Positions 51,601-64,000 of a stretch of 64,000 nucleotides of DNA are shown here, in pieces (the stretch's first letter is position 1; each line of letters starts with the position of its first letter). A program made the position numbers and the translations under genes. Below the pieces are notes generated by a model. The model saw only the letters and a program-made list of their open reading frames with translations, did not search any database and was not told the DNA's origin. Origin of the DNA: Fistulifera solaris (lineage: Eukaryota); the NCBI GenBank assembly GCA_030295235.1, contig AP026131.1, positions 1-64,000 of the forward strand, written 5' to 3'.

Positions 51601-52740
51601 CAATGGTTTGAAGTGTTTTCCCCTGAAAAAGTAAATGTTAAAGAAAAATTCATCATGCTGGGAAGTGTGAGCTAGTGTTCGACGTACCATGCCCATTTCA
51701 TCCGCCAGAATACCACCTCGAATTTCTGGAGTATTCACTTCTTGACAGTACATCCAAGAAGCACCTTCAACTTGAAAGGGCAGGAGCGATGCGGTGAGAC
51801 CTTTGGGTGGGTCGCGAATCTCGCCCGAAAAAGATTCTTGAACCAACTCATCGGGTTGTAGCTCTTCTTCCTCCTGCTTGATCTCCTTCAAACTCTCCTG
51901 AATTCTCGCTGAAAGAGCCTCCTGGTCTTCTACTTTCAATGATTGCCATCCTCCTACATCTTGCAGCGTTTGCACATTCGAATCAAAGATAGCACATTCC
52001 AAATGACGGTAGACTCGAAAACCCGGCTTTCCACGAAACAAAGGTACATGCGAAACTCGAACTGCGTTTCGAGCAATGACTGCGTCGCATCTACGGCAAG
52101 TAGCACGACCGGTCGGTGAGTATTCGACGGTAAAGAATTTCTCTTCCGGATCGACTACATTGACTTGCTGAATGTCTTCGTCTTCACTTGCATTTTCTTC
52201 TTCCCTGTCGCTGGCGCTGTTATTCGAATCTGAATGCACAATGAGGAGAGGCTTTTTCGCAGCAGCTTGTTTCTTGGGCTTCTTGACAGCTATAACGGGT
52301 AGTTCTTCCACTTCCTCATCGTCTTCTTCAACTGCGACCTTTCGTTTCGTGCGCTTTCGTTTTGCGGCAGGTTTGCGATCCGCTAAATCCGTTTCCGCTT
52401 CTTTGACTGCCGCCAGTGGAAAAGGAGAAGGTGTTACGCTATGACGGGAAGGTGTAGGAAGTGGCGTCTCGTGCGAAGAAGCGAGAGGTAAGCGCGATCG
52501 TGTGTTTCTTCTCGGAAGCAAATCTTGATTATCTTTGCTAACGTCTCCTTGTTCGGGTTTCCATGCTTCGATTTCCGTACGCCGATAAACATCTTTGTAG
52601 CCAGAGACCTTTGCCTTGACTAGAACACCATCCATTGTACCATCTTCTAGTTCACAATATAACTGCAATACCGTTCCTACCTCGCGCATCCCATTAGCGA
52701 TAGGAACAAGGACCAAATCGCCTACTTGTAACGCAGACAT
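48655..52740 (-). CDS. RAD16: RAD16-like SNF2 helicase with RING finger and N-terminal PARP-type zinc finger, multi-exon
   Basis: [34 protein letters not shown] (CEICH..FCRTC..CPCC), FSQF, LNLT.AS and [19 protein letters not shown]. Confidence 0.88.
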
Positions 52741-53399
52741 CTTTTTGCTCGCTACTCTCCTATTTCTCGAATCGCCTTAATAACGATTCTTGCAATTGCT
52801 GTCTTAAGATACAATACGATAATGCTTCAGTCCGTCTTTCCGATCGTAAAAATGAAATGAGATCTTTCGTGTGAATAAGCAAAATTTGCTTCCGTCGTGC
52901 GACGAAAGAGGTGCGGAGAAGATGAAAAAAACAACGCCATTCATTCTGGAGTTCCAGGTCACCCCAATTCGTGAATGCATGAAGTGACGGGCGTTCTTTT
53001 CATACAAAAGTGTACGGAGTCTTGTGGGGAAAGACCGCCCCAACTTTGCGGGTTCATACCAAAGAAAAATAAAGTACAAAGACGTTAAGCTACGGTTTCC
53101 AACGGTCTTTACATAGAAGGCGAAGATCCGGGATTCGACGATTATTGTGGTCACTCCAAAAAGGCGCACTTTTGTTATCATCGAATGAATGCGATTGATT
53201 GATTCAATCTTTTGCGCATCAACTGAAAGCATTTTGTTTGACGACTTTTATTCTAAGCTTGTAATATTCTCTCCTTTTCTTCTTGAATTCGAAATGGTGC
53301 AATTTAGTGTGCAGTAAATTGTTAGAAACGGGGGAAATAGTTGTCTATTCATTCAAAGAGCTTTCTCCGACGAAAGAATTTTCAAAAGTGTATCTCATC

Positions 53400-56300
53400 A
53401 TGTCAAATAATAATCAGCAAGGACTCATGAAGAAGCTTTTTCTTCCAACTTTCACGGATGCTGGATCGAATGAAACGTTTCAACAGTCCACATATCAGGC
53501 GACCGACGAGACACACTCAGAAGCGAGCACAGCTGTACATGACAATCGATCACACGTGAAACGACAATTTCATTCGTCTGCCCATCGGTCTATCAATGCG
53601 AATCGACCGCCGCCCTTTTTTGCTTCGACGCGACCCGTCTCCGTCAAACAACATGCTAGTGAAGTAGAGACTCCGGTAGAGACCCCGGAACGACAACCAT
53701 TTGGAAGTACGAGGACTTTATCGACAGTGGCTCTGGCGAGGGGAGTCAGTGCTTCCTCGACCGACGAAAGAATCGAATTAGACGATAATTCTGATACAGA
53801 TCAAGTTGCACGTGCTAATGCAGCTATAGCGCATCAGCGGATTGAGAGGTTTGATATAGAAAGAGACGGCGACACAGAACACAATCAACTAAGTGTTGTC
53901 AGAACGGAGATTCATTCGAGAAAAGTTGAGGAAACGCCATGGGAAGAGGAAGCCACTCCAGAACAGACTGCATTTGGGAAACAGCTACTCTTTGCGAGGA
54001 AACATCCAACCGCTTTGTCAGATGTTTTGTCGACTGCATCGGAAATGGGGACGGTCATTGAATACAACGATAAACTTGCGGAATTAGAGAATATGGAGTT
54101 CCATTCGCCATCCCCTATCAGAACATACAGGGAAAAACAAGAAACCCAGTCTCCCAGAAATTCGTTGGAGAGAAGGACCGAAAAATCGGATATTTCGATG
54201 CCTGTTTTGGATGAAGTTGTCAATAAAACAAACAGAGACTCGGAATACGATGAAAAGAAGGGATCAGAACAAGAAGAGGACATCCTTCACAAGTTCAAAC
54301 CATCGCATACAACTTCCGCATTGCTATCAAAAGCCTTTAAACGGATCGGTACAGGTATTGCTCATGGAAGTCGTGTCGTAATGTCAGCCCCAACCACACC
54401 GTTGGGTGCCTCAAGAATGGCGCATTCCACATCGCCGCAGTTCACGACATCCAACACCGAGATCCATAAGTCTTCACAAACAAGTGGGGCCGTCACTGGT
54501 ACACCTTCATCATTTTTACTTCGTTCGCCTGGTTCGAAAGCTTTCGAGCTCGCATCTTCACAGCCACGCGATTTGCTGCGACCGCGATTCTCTTCCCGCA
54601 ATCGAGGGCACTCTGTAGGTAGCCGTATCGACGAGGATCAACCAACCGAAATCATGCGAAGGCCGCATCAGACAGCTTTTCAAATCGCGCGGTCCTGTTT
54701 TTCGTACGATGCCTATGACAGTGCGATGGATGATATGTTCGAAGTCTCGGCCACTGAAACGGATAATGATTTTATGCCATCATCTTATGGTGGTGTTCGG
54801 CGTCCGACTCCATTAGAGCATCCCCCCATAATAAGGACAAGTGCGAGCTGGGATGCAGCTGGTGTATCCCAAGTCCGATCCGCACGATTCAAACTGAGTC
54901 ACCAGAGGAGGAGACAGGAGTTGTGGGACGCTGATTCTATTGAAAATAAAGGTTGGGAAGCGTTCCACGCCGTAAACTTCAAAGACAGTTCAGAACCTGC
55001 GTCGATCATTCATGAAGTGAGCGCTTCGCCTCAAAGTAAAGAATTTGAACGAGAAGACGCTATAAACATTCTTGCATGTCTTGTCGAACGTGGAGTGTCA
55101 CTGAGAGATAGAGAAGGGCGATCAGCGAGTAATCGAGAAATTGATGGGCCAGTGGAAGGTAACAGCGTTTCGAGACTAGGTGCCGATACAACAAGATCGA
55201 CCGCGCTTTCGGGAGTAGATGAGCTTCGAGATATGGTATTGGCGAGCAACACCGGAGAAAACAGCCTTTCATATGAACGGCGCCTTGTCGCGCTTGATGA
55301 ATTGTTACGGTCGCACGAGTATGCTCAAGAAATGCGTCGCGCGTCGGAATCTGCTTTGACATGGCTAAAGACAGTCGATTACTCTGCCGGGCCAACGCTT
55401 CGACAACCAAATCATTCGAAAGAACGTGTCGTGGAAAGCGAGTTTGAGACTTTACCAGAAGGCCTAGATCTTGCAACTGCGAAGGCTTTGCTGCGTTCGA
55501 GTCAATTAAAAGTAAAAGAAAAGTGTGATTTGGCTGACAAGTTGAATGAAGAACTCGCAAAGTGCCGTGCTGAAATCGGTCGATTGCGGAGTTCATCTCA
55601 GGCCACTACTACTTTTAAATCCCCCGACCGGTCGATCTTGGACGAAAGCGAAGATGCCCTCCCGGAGGATGACGCGAGCCAGAATAAGTCATTTGATACT
55701 GCCAGTACGCCAATTGTTGCTATCGATGATAGTGGTTTTGTGGAAGCGTCCTTTTGATGAATGAATACGACCCGCCTGGGGCTCTGTTCCCCTGACCAGA
55801 GAATATCTACAGTTGAAGGTGCTTCCCTGGCCATGTATCAGAAAGCGCTGGATGACGCAAATGAACAAATTCGAAAGCTCCAAGCACAGTTAAATGACGC
55901 GATCAAAAATGGGAAGAACGGCCATGTGCCATCTTTTGTTAATAAGGGAATAAGGCTTCCATTGCGTGAATCGTCGGCGGATCAGTCCCAAGACCAATTA
56001 CTTGTAGATGAAGAAAATTATGAGACTGATTGGAGCCAGCTCAGTTCTGGACTGCCGCCACCCCCTGATCATGATTTGCACAATCCAATTGTGAATGCCG
56101 TTCTCGAACAATGGTCGAATGATCCAGGATTGCACCATCACCTTCTGGATTGGATGGAGGCGGTTCTTGAAGGAGGAGATGCATCTTCTATTCCGCCCTT
56201 GATGATTTCTAATCTAGAGGCGCACGTTCGTGATGGATTTGTAATGCATGTTTTACCTCAACTTTTACGGCGCGCCGATATCCGCGTCGATGTACAAACT

Positions 56301-57074
56301 CGAACACGGCGTGTTACCGCCCATGATCTGTCTGTGACAGTAGAACCCAGTGACCCATTCCGCTCAAAGCAGTCTGTGCTTGTCGACGATGATGTAGGCA
56401 GCACCACGCACAGCACTACGACGTCTATAACAGGCAATACACTTTTGGCGAGGAAAAGAACTGGATCGATCGGAAGTGCCAAACGACCAAGCCCTTATGA
56501 TGGAATTTCTAAAGTATCGTACGATGAAATTGCAGAGGATGGGATTGGTGCCGACCAGCCGCATGGTCTCATGAGTGCATTAGGCGGTGCACTCGGCGGT
56601 CTACTGGCGCGTCGAAGACCGCCGCACTTGTCTGGTTTGTCGGATGGTCCCGGATCGCCGCTGGATGTTTCTCCTTCGGCACAGAGCGCGGCCGTGCATG
56701 TAGCTGCTGCGGCCGAAGCGTTCGGTTCCAACCAAGGCAAGCCGGTCTTTTTGGACGAAGGCTCGGGGGATGATCAACCATACCACCGCGTAGTATCGGC
56801 CCCAGCCGGTCGCATCGGGGTAACCTTTGTACAATATCGTGGTCATGCCATGGTGAGCGACGTCGCTCCGGATAGTCCTTTAGCCGGATGGATCTTTCCA
56901 TCCGACATTTTAATCGCCATCGATGAACTTCCAGTAAGTGGTATGCCAGTCCGTGACATAATCAAGGTTCTGATGGACCGCAAACAGAAGCAAAGAGCAC
57001 TCCGTGTGATTAGTAGCCACGCTATGAACGAATTGTCATTGAATACCAGCCTCATGATGGATGCCGGAAATTGA
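53400..57074 (+). CDS. Large disordered/coiled-coil protein with C-terminal PDZ domain; break at 55755-55790
   Basis: Two long same-frame ORFs. The C-terminal APAGRIGVTF..VSDVAPDSPLAG..DILIAID segment is PDZ-like. Confidence 0.75.
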
Positions 57075-57217
57075 TTTTTTTGTGACAAATACGGCTAATG
57101 TTTTTCATTTGAACCTATCTAAATTATAACAAAAAATAGTACTTGTGGATGTCACGAACGCTAAGCCCTGCATTTCTCTCAATATCTCTTTTTTCATACA
57201 CATTATAGTCATCCGAT

Positions 57218-58003
<786 letters not shown>

Positions 58004-58677
58004 GATTGCTGCTACTCAAACAATTCGATGTAAGATAAGAGTGTAGGGATAAGAAAGCTAATAGAAAGGCAAAAGAATCAAGAATAACAACGTCATGTTC
58101 GATTGCAACGGGCGAGCCCAACGTAAAACACGACACACAACCACATGCGACGAGCGAACGAAGAAACTCGGAGGCGAGACTACTACATTTGTTATAGCAG
58201 TGATTACCGCTAAGATAGAGATCCGACAACGTAAGGGACGACCTTAATCATCGTTGTATTTGTATGTTGTATCACGGTAAACATTCAATTCCTGCTTCAA
58301 TATAACACAAAGCAGACCTTCGACATCGTCACGATTAAACAACACTGACAAAAATATGTTACACATAACTGAAGCTCACTGTTTCTTCATGTTTGAATGC
58401 ATTGAATATGTTCGGCCTTAGTTGGGACTCGGGACTGATGATCAATTGAGTCGGGAAAAAGTAATCTACTTTTGTCTCACTGTAGAAATTAACCCTGACC
58501 TTTGCGGCTAAAAGCTAAAACCGCATTCATAAGATAGGAGCACGCTTTTTGCACGCCAGAAGCACGGGGTGAAAAAAGAAAGAAAAGAATCGAGAAAATG
58601 AACAGCAAAAGGAACACCAAGGTGAACCAGTTGAGAGTCCTTTTATCAAATAAGATGATCTTCTCGCTTGTCTATTG

Positions 58678-61509
58678 ATGAATATGAGAATAGTAAGAGC
58701 TCTTACTGTTGCTGCCTTTTGTCATTTCCACGCGAAACAAGCACTGCAGTCGCTACATGCCGAGAATTATCAACATTTCGACGATGAGGATTTTCCTGCT
58801 TCACACCAAAATTCTTCCCTCCTTCATTCTTCACAACACAACCAGCAATCAACATCTCCTCTGAAACTTTCGCATGTACATATCAATCGACGTCAACTCA
58901 TTCACGGAACTGTTTCCGCATTCTTCATAAACACGCTCCTTCGAAAAAGTGCTGCGGCTGCCGATTCGCGAATCACTACTTCTTATCCAGCCGACATCAT
59001 CCCTTATTCTTCCGTGCGCCGTTACAAAACTCTCACTCTATCCAATGGATTGCGAGTACTCCTTGTGAGCGATCGCACCGCGCCTCGGGCTTCCGCGTGC
59101 TTGACAGTTTCGGGTGCTGGACAATTCGATGAGCCGCCCGATTTACCCGGCCTGGCGCATCTGATGGAACACATGATACTCAGCTTTAATTCAAAAGTAC
59201 TTTTCGAACGTCTCGAGACTTTGAAGAATGGCTTGGAGATAACGAAGGAGCTTCGAACGCGTTTACGGCATACGAGCACGTGTGCTTTCATTTTTCGTGT
59301 CCCGAAAATGTGTTGGCGGAAGCATTGCAACGGTTCTCGGGACTTTTTCTAGCACAAGATGTAGAGCAAATATGTCGAGATGAAGCAACCCTGCGACGGG
59401 AAATCCGTAGGGTTGACGCGGAACTGGATTTTGACGACATCAATGAGCAGATCTTTTATTTGACCAAGCAGTTTGTCAATGTGGAGCATCCTTACTCGCG
59501 TTTTCTGCGAGGAAGTCTGGAAACGCTCGAAACGATTCCAAAGGCAAAAGGAATTGATGTAGGGAGTCGACTGATATCCTTTTTCGGCAAAAATATCTAC
59601 CATCTGAGGCAGTTGTTGTTATTGTTAGCAACGCGGACACGTTTCTACTGGAGCGATTATGCAGTCCCTTTAATTTTATACTTTCTCGCAACAAGCCATC
59701 CAAGAAACCTCCCGCTCGATATTATCCAGGTACCTTTTTGGAAGGCTCTCGTTATAAACATGCTGTGCTGTCTCGACCGAGCGGGGATTCTGATCGTGAA
59801 CGAATCACGATGCAGTGGAACCTCAATCTCGACTATCGTAGTCAACGAGTCACCGCCACACAAATTTGCTTCGTCTTGGCGCAAATCTTGGGCCGAAAAG
59901 GACCAGGAAGTTTGTATCTTTATTTGCTCCGTCGAGGATGGTTACCAAGCACTGGAATTGCAGGTATTCCTCGTGTATCTTTGCCGCTTGATGTACCCGG
60001 AATGCAAATCATCCGTTTGGATCTTGACCTGACATTGGAAGGGGCTATTCGTCGATCGGCCGTGGTGGAAGCTGTATACGACAGTTTCGAACCACTGCGA
60101 TTATCGCGCGGTGAGTTCTCGTTACCTCGGGAGCTCGTGCAGCAATATGCATCAGTCGCAAAATTGCACGGCTATTATTTGGCGCCTCGGGCCCCTGATG
60201 CCATTGAGCTGGCCGTGGACGCCCTTCGATATGGTCTGGGGCCAAATGGAGTTGGCACAGGTCGATGGATTCGCTTCGCTGACTCATCGAATGAAATTCG
60301 AGCATTGCAGCGAGAAATGTCAAAAACAATTTCCAGAATTATGGACCCGAATAAAGCTGTGATTATTGCTACGGCCAGTCCCGCTGTCGTAGCTGCATCA
60401 TTTTGAAGAATGACGATACGGCGCTACTGTCAATACCACTGGGATCATCATCTTCTCTCCAGTGGAGAAAAGAACCTGTATCTGGCGCAGCATTTTTATT
60501 CGACGACATGTTGAAATCTTCCACACGCTTGGAAAACCAAGTACTGAAACGCATTGTAAGTCGGGACGAGTTATTGCCGCCATTCGTTAATCCACTCGTA
60601 CCCGCCAAGATCGAACCAGCTCGCGCCCTTCGCCAGGGCAACGGATGGGTTAACTCCAATGAATTGGTTCTCCGACCGAACAATCGAGAAGCGGACATAG
60701 GTCTCTCGCTGCGCAGAAAATCGTTTTCAGCACAGGTTATCAAATCCAGCAAGGCAAACAATTGGTCTATTTTAGATCCTTATCCCGGTCAATGTGGATT
60801 ACTGCTACCCCGTGGTCCTCCTGAACCTACCTGCCGCTGTGCCTTTGTGCTCGAGTTATTGTCGCCACGTCCAGCCCGAGCCGATGTCCGCCAAGCAGCT
60901 CATGCACAATTGTGGCTCGAATCGTTTGAAACCATTTCCATGAAAGATCTTGCCGAACTCGGTGCAATTGGTGGCTTGGCCTTTGATTTGAGTTTCAATC
61001 CGTACGGCCTACGTTTGTGTGTGCTGGGCATACGTCGGACATTGCCCTCGTACACGCGTCGGTTGGTGCGCAAACTGGTAGACCACTCGCTGGAATTGTT
61101 GCGGGGACCTGAATATTTTCCCTCAACTTTGACGGCCTCGACAATTCAGAGTGCACAACGGGCTCGTAATTTATCTCCGCGACGACTTCGTGTCATAACA
61201 AGTAATTTGCGTCAATCTACGGCCTACGAAGCCGCAGCCGAAGGAGTTACCTTTCTACGTTCGTGTCAAGGGGGCGTGTGCTTCGCGCAAGGTGATCTAT
61301 CATCTGATGAAGTATCGGAACTGCTACAAGATCTTCAAAGCATCTTGGAGCCCGCACTGAATCCTCGCACCAGTCGAAGCAGCGTCTTGGCCATTCCCAG
61401 CATTGATGAACTACTGTATCGACCCAACTGGAAGCCTCGAACGTTGCTTTCGTGTTCAATTCCAGGAGTTGTGTTGGTGAGTGATGCATGCGGTCGCGTG
61501 AAGCGTTGA
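58678..61509 (+). CDS. M16 (insulinase-like) zinc peptidase, probably plastid-targeted; several frameshift errors
   Basis: LSNGLRVLLVSD, GLAHLMEHM (HxxEH), NAFT and EALQRFSGLF. Confidence 0.82.
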
Positions 61510-61513
61510 CTAA

Positions 61514-62257
61514 TTAGTTCCCCCCGAGACCGCTGATCTCCTCTCGAGTAAGTGCACGTTTTTGTGCAAGCTCACGAGCACGCTTCCGCATAATTTTAGC
61601 GGCTTCACGGATTGCCGCCGTCTCTTGAGCCAACCGGAGCAACCGCGCTTGACGATCCTGAGACGAAAGAACGCTGGCTTGCTCTTGTTGATTCGCGGAT
61701 GCCAGTGTTTCTGACCACGGGATGATTTCCTTACAACCCAAATTGGTATCAGTTTGAACCGATTCAATTCGCGGGCGTTTGTTTTTGGGTGTTTCGGCCA
61801 GTCGAGTCACCAAGTCGACTTCGGCAGCTTCCATTGCACTCTTTAACGCTAGAAAATCTTGATGAACAGCATCCCACACTTTATTACTATTTTCTTGCAT
61901 TTCAATCCTCTTCTTTCGTGTGGGTTGTGCATCAATCGTTTCATCTTGAATAGCAGCATTTTTGAATGCCAAATTTCGTGTCTTTTGATTAAAGAAGTAA
62001 AAGAAATCTTTCAATTTCTGCACATCTTTCGTGTCATCTTTCAATTGCTGTGCACAATTAATCTGCTTTGATTCAATAGACTGTACGCGCTTCAAAGTCT
62101 CATCGTATCGTTGTAAAATGGCTGTTTTCGGATCGAGAAGAGATGGGGATCTCATCATGTCGGTGTTGTCGCTGCCTAGTTCCTTCTGTTCGTCTTGTGA
62201 AGCAACCGAAGTTGAACGATTACGCACACGATAAATAGCAGGGCGATTTGGAGACAT
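61514..62257 (-). CDS. Hypothetical coiled-coil protein
   Basis: Intact 247-aa ATG ORF with charged helical composition; no recognisable family. Confidence 0.6.
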   Translation of the reverse strand: MSPNRPAIYRVRNRSTSVASQDEQKELGSDNTDMMRSPSLLDPKTAILQRYDETLKRVQSIESKQINCAQQLKDDTKDVQKLKDFFYFFNQKTRNLAFKNAAIQDETIDAQPTRKKRIEMQENSNKVWDAVHQDFLALKSAMEAAEVDLVTRLAETPKNKRPRIESVQTDTNLGCKEIIPWSETLASANQQEQASVLSSQDRQARLLRLAQETAAIREAAKIMRKRARELAQKRALTREEISGLGGN

Positions 62258-62384
62258 AACGTTCGATTTTAATGAGTGAACTAGTGAACAAATAAGTTAC
62301 AGATTGCTTGTTATGTTCATCATTTGTTTCAATCAACCCTTACGCGATAAAAAGCTCGACGACGCGAACACGCGCTGGCGGGCG

Positions 62385-63370
62385 ACGTCCACAGAAAATG
62401 TAGGCGAGTGGTATTTTCACGTCTCCAGAAAATGTGGGGGAGTGCTGTTTTCACTTGTCCAGAATCCAGAAAATGTGGGCGAGTTGTATTTTTAAGTGTC
62501 CGAAAATCTGGGGGTGTGTAAAATTCACGTTTCCAGAAAATGTGGGCGTGTGCTGTTTTCACGTGCCCCGAAAATCTGGGCGAGTGCAAATTTCACGTCC
62601 CCCGAAAATCTGGGGGTGTGCTGTTTTCACGTGTCTCGAAAATCTGGGCGAGTGCTGTTTTTACGTCTCCCGAAAATCTGGGCGGGTTCTGTTTTCACGT
62701 TTCCAGAAAATCTGGGTGATTTCAAATTTTTAACGTGCCCCGAAAATCAGGGCGAGTGCAAATTTCACGTGTCCCGAAAATCTGGGCGAGTGCAAATTTC
62801 ACGTGTCCCGAAAATCTGGGCGGGTGCTGTTTTTCAAGTCTCCAAAAAATCTGGGCGAGTGCAAATTTCACTCGTCCCGAAAATCTTTGGGGTGTGCAAA
62901 TTTCACGTCTCCCGAAAATCTGGGGGTGTGCAAATTTCACTTGTCCCGAAAAATCTGGGGGTGTGCAAACTTCACGTGTCCCGAAAATCAGGGCGTGTGC
63001 AAATTTCACTTGTCCCGAAAATCTTGGGGTGTGCAAATTTCACGTCTCCCGAAAATCTGTGAGTGTGCAAATTTCACTTGTCCCGATAATCTGGGCGTGT
63101 GCAAATTCACGTGTCCCGAAAATCTGGGCGAGTGCTTTAGGTGCAAATTTCACTTGTCCCGAAAATCTGGGCGTGTGCTAGACATTTAGACCAATACAAG
63201 TACGGTGCGCAACGCAACGCTGCATCTTTGCACTGGAAAAGCTCGCGTCACACCGTTCATTTTTTTTTATAAAAAATAAACTTTTACGCCTCACAGGCGC
63301 CGCCAACAATTTCACGTTTCCAGAAAATGTGAGAGTGTGGAATTTTCACGTGTCCAGAAATGTGGGGGTC
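62385..63370. repeat. 34-bp minisatellite, consensus GTGCAAATTTCACGTGTCCCGAAAATCTGGGCGA; ~23 units to 63180 plus ~2 diverged units at 63305-63370
   Basis: Direct head-to-tail repeats visible throughout, with no unique spacers. Confidence 0.95.
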
Positions 63371-63547
63371 GACAATAAGAAAACGTGTTGCAACCAGTTG
63401 CAACGATGAGAATGCGAAGAATGAATAATATTCGATCGAGTTCGTCTTTCATTAGTTATCGATCAAAATCACCATTACAATATAATCGAATAGATGCACA
63501 AATCGTAAAAGTAACGAATAGCAGCCGATTTCTCTGCGTAAAGAAAT

Positions 63548-64000
63548 ATGGTGCATCGTAGGGCGACGACTGTACGCTGTATTCTTCTTCCCTTGATTTG
63601 TCTTTTGCCCAGCTACGCTTTGCGGGCTACTCGAACAAAAGATGAGAATATCACTTACAGCAACTATTTCACCGAAAATAACAGTACAGTCCCTACGAAC
63701 AAGCAACCTATCAAAGTCTTTTTTACTGTCGGGGCAGAGCAATATGGTTGGCATGGCTAGTGAAGAACATTTGCGCAAGTTGATTGAGGGCACTTCCGAC
63801 GGCGATGAATGTCCTTGTGATTATCAAACTCTTTGGAATGGTTCCGATTTCAGAGAACGTGATGATGTTTTCATGCAGTTTGAAGATCGACGGGGGAAGC
63901 TGCGTGCTGCGTATTATGGTGCGGTGAAAGGACGTTCGCATCATTTTGGGCCGGAAGTTGGTTTCGGATGGACCGTCGGTGATGCGTTACACAATGAAAC
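63548..64000 (+). CDS. Secreted SASA/CE6-type acetylesterase (SGNH), 5' part only
   Basis: Signal peptide, then IKVFLLSGQSNMVG (after removing one T near 63720) and FGPEVGFG; runs off the window. Confidence 0.82.

Noticed and set aside
41865..52740. PP4R2-CSL4-CTF18-RAD16 as a genome-maintenance cluster
   Set aside because: Housekeeping neighbours in a gene-dense genome, with no shared regulatory motif seen; chance adjacency is sufficient.
55752..55795. In-frame TGA TGA ATG as readthrough, selenocysteine or stop-restart
   Set aside because: One missing T and one extra C in nearby homopolymers restore a continuous frame (SFLMNEYDPPGALFPDQR), and no SECIS was recognised.
62385..63189. CRISPR-like array or repeat-protein ORFs in the 34-bp repeat
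   Set aside because: Units are head-to-tail with no unique spacers, there are no cas genes, and the context is eukaryotic. The ORFs are open only because the unit lacks stops in most frames.

Overview
Left end of a eukaryotic chromosome, very probably from a diatom: TTAGGG-type telomere, short GT-AG introns, a ubiquitin-NiSOD fusion, a diatom-type HSF and silicanin-like/RXL-bearing proteins. A (CCCTAA)n telomere (1-306) and about 2 kb of degenerate subtelomeric sequence are followed by about 26 densely packed genes: Ub-NiSOD, CaMK-like kinase, NPPF-motif methyltransferase, Prp2/DHX16, YHM2-like carrier, EHD, PIG-C, HSF, secretory-type kinase, ENTH, prolyl 4-hydroxylase, two Pro-rich LRR paralogs, silicanin-like protein, ZPR1, CWC25, FG-GAP/NERD1-like, PP4R2, CSL4, CTF18, RAD16-like, PDZ protein, Rab2, M16 peptidase, a GQSN esterase cut by the window edge, and two hypothetical genes. 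Many genes carry 1-bp homopolymer frameshifts that look like long-read assembly errors. The most notable unexplained signals are: intergenic tracts built from many unrelated ~7-nt tandem duplications; a ubiquitin-tail mimic (LRMRGG) ahead of a signal-peptide-bearing carrier; a possible cassette exon in the Ub-NiSOD intron; a 34-bp double-hairpin minisatellite in a bidirectional promoter; and a putative cell-wall gene neighbourhood. All family calls come from motif recognition by eye; no database searches were run.
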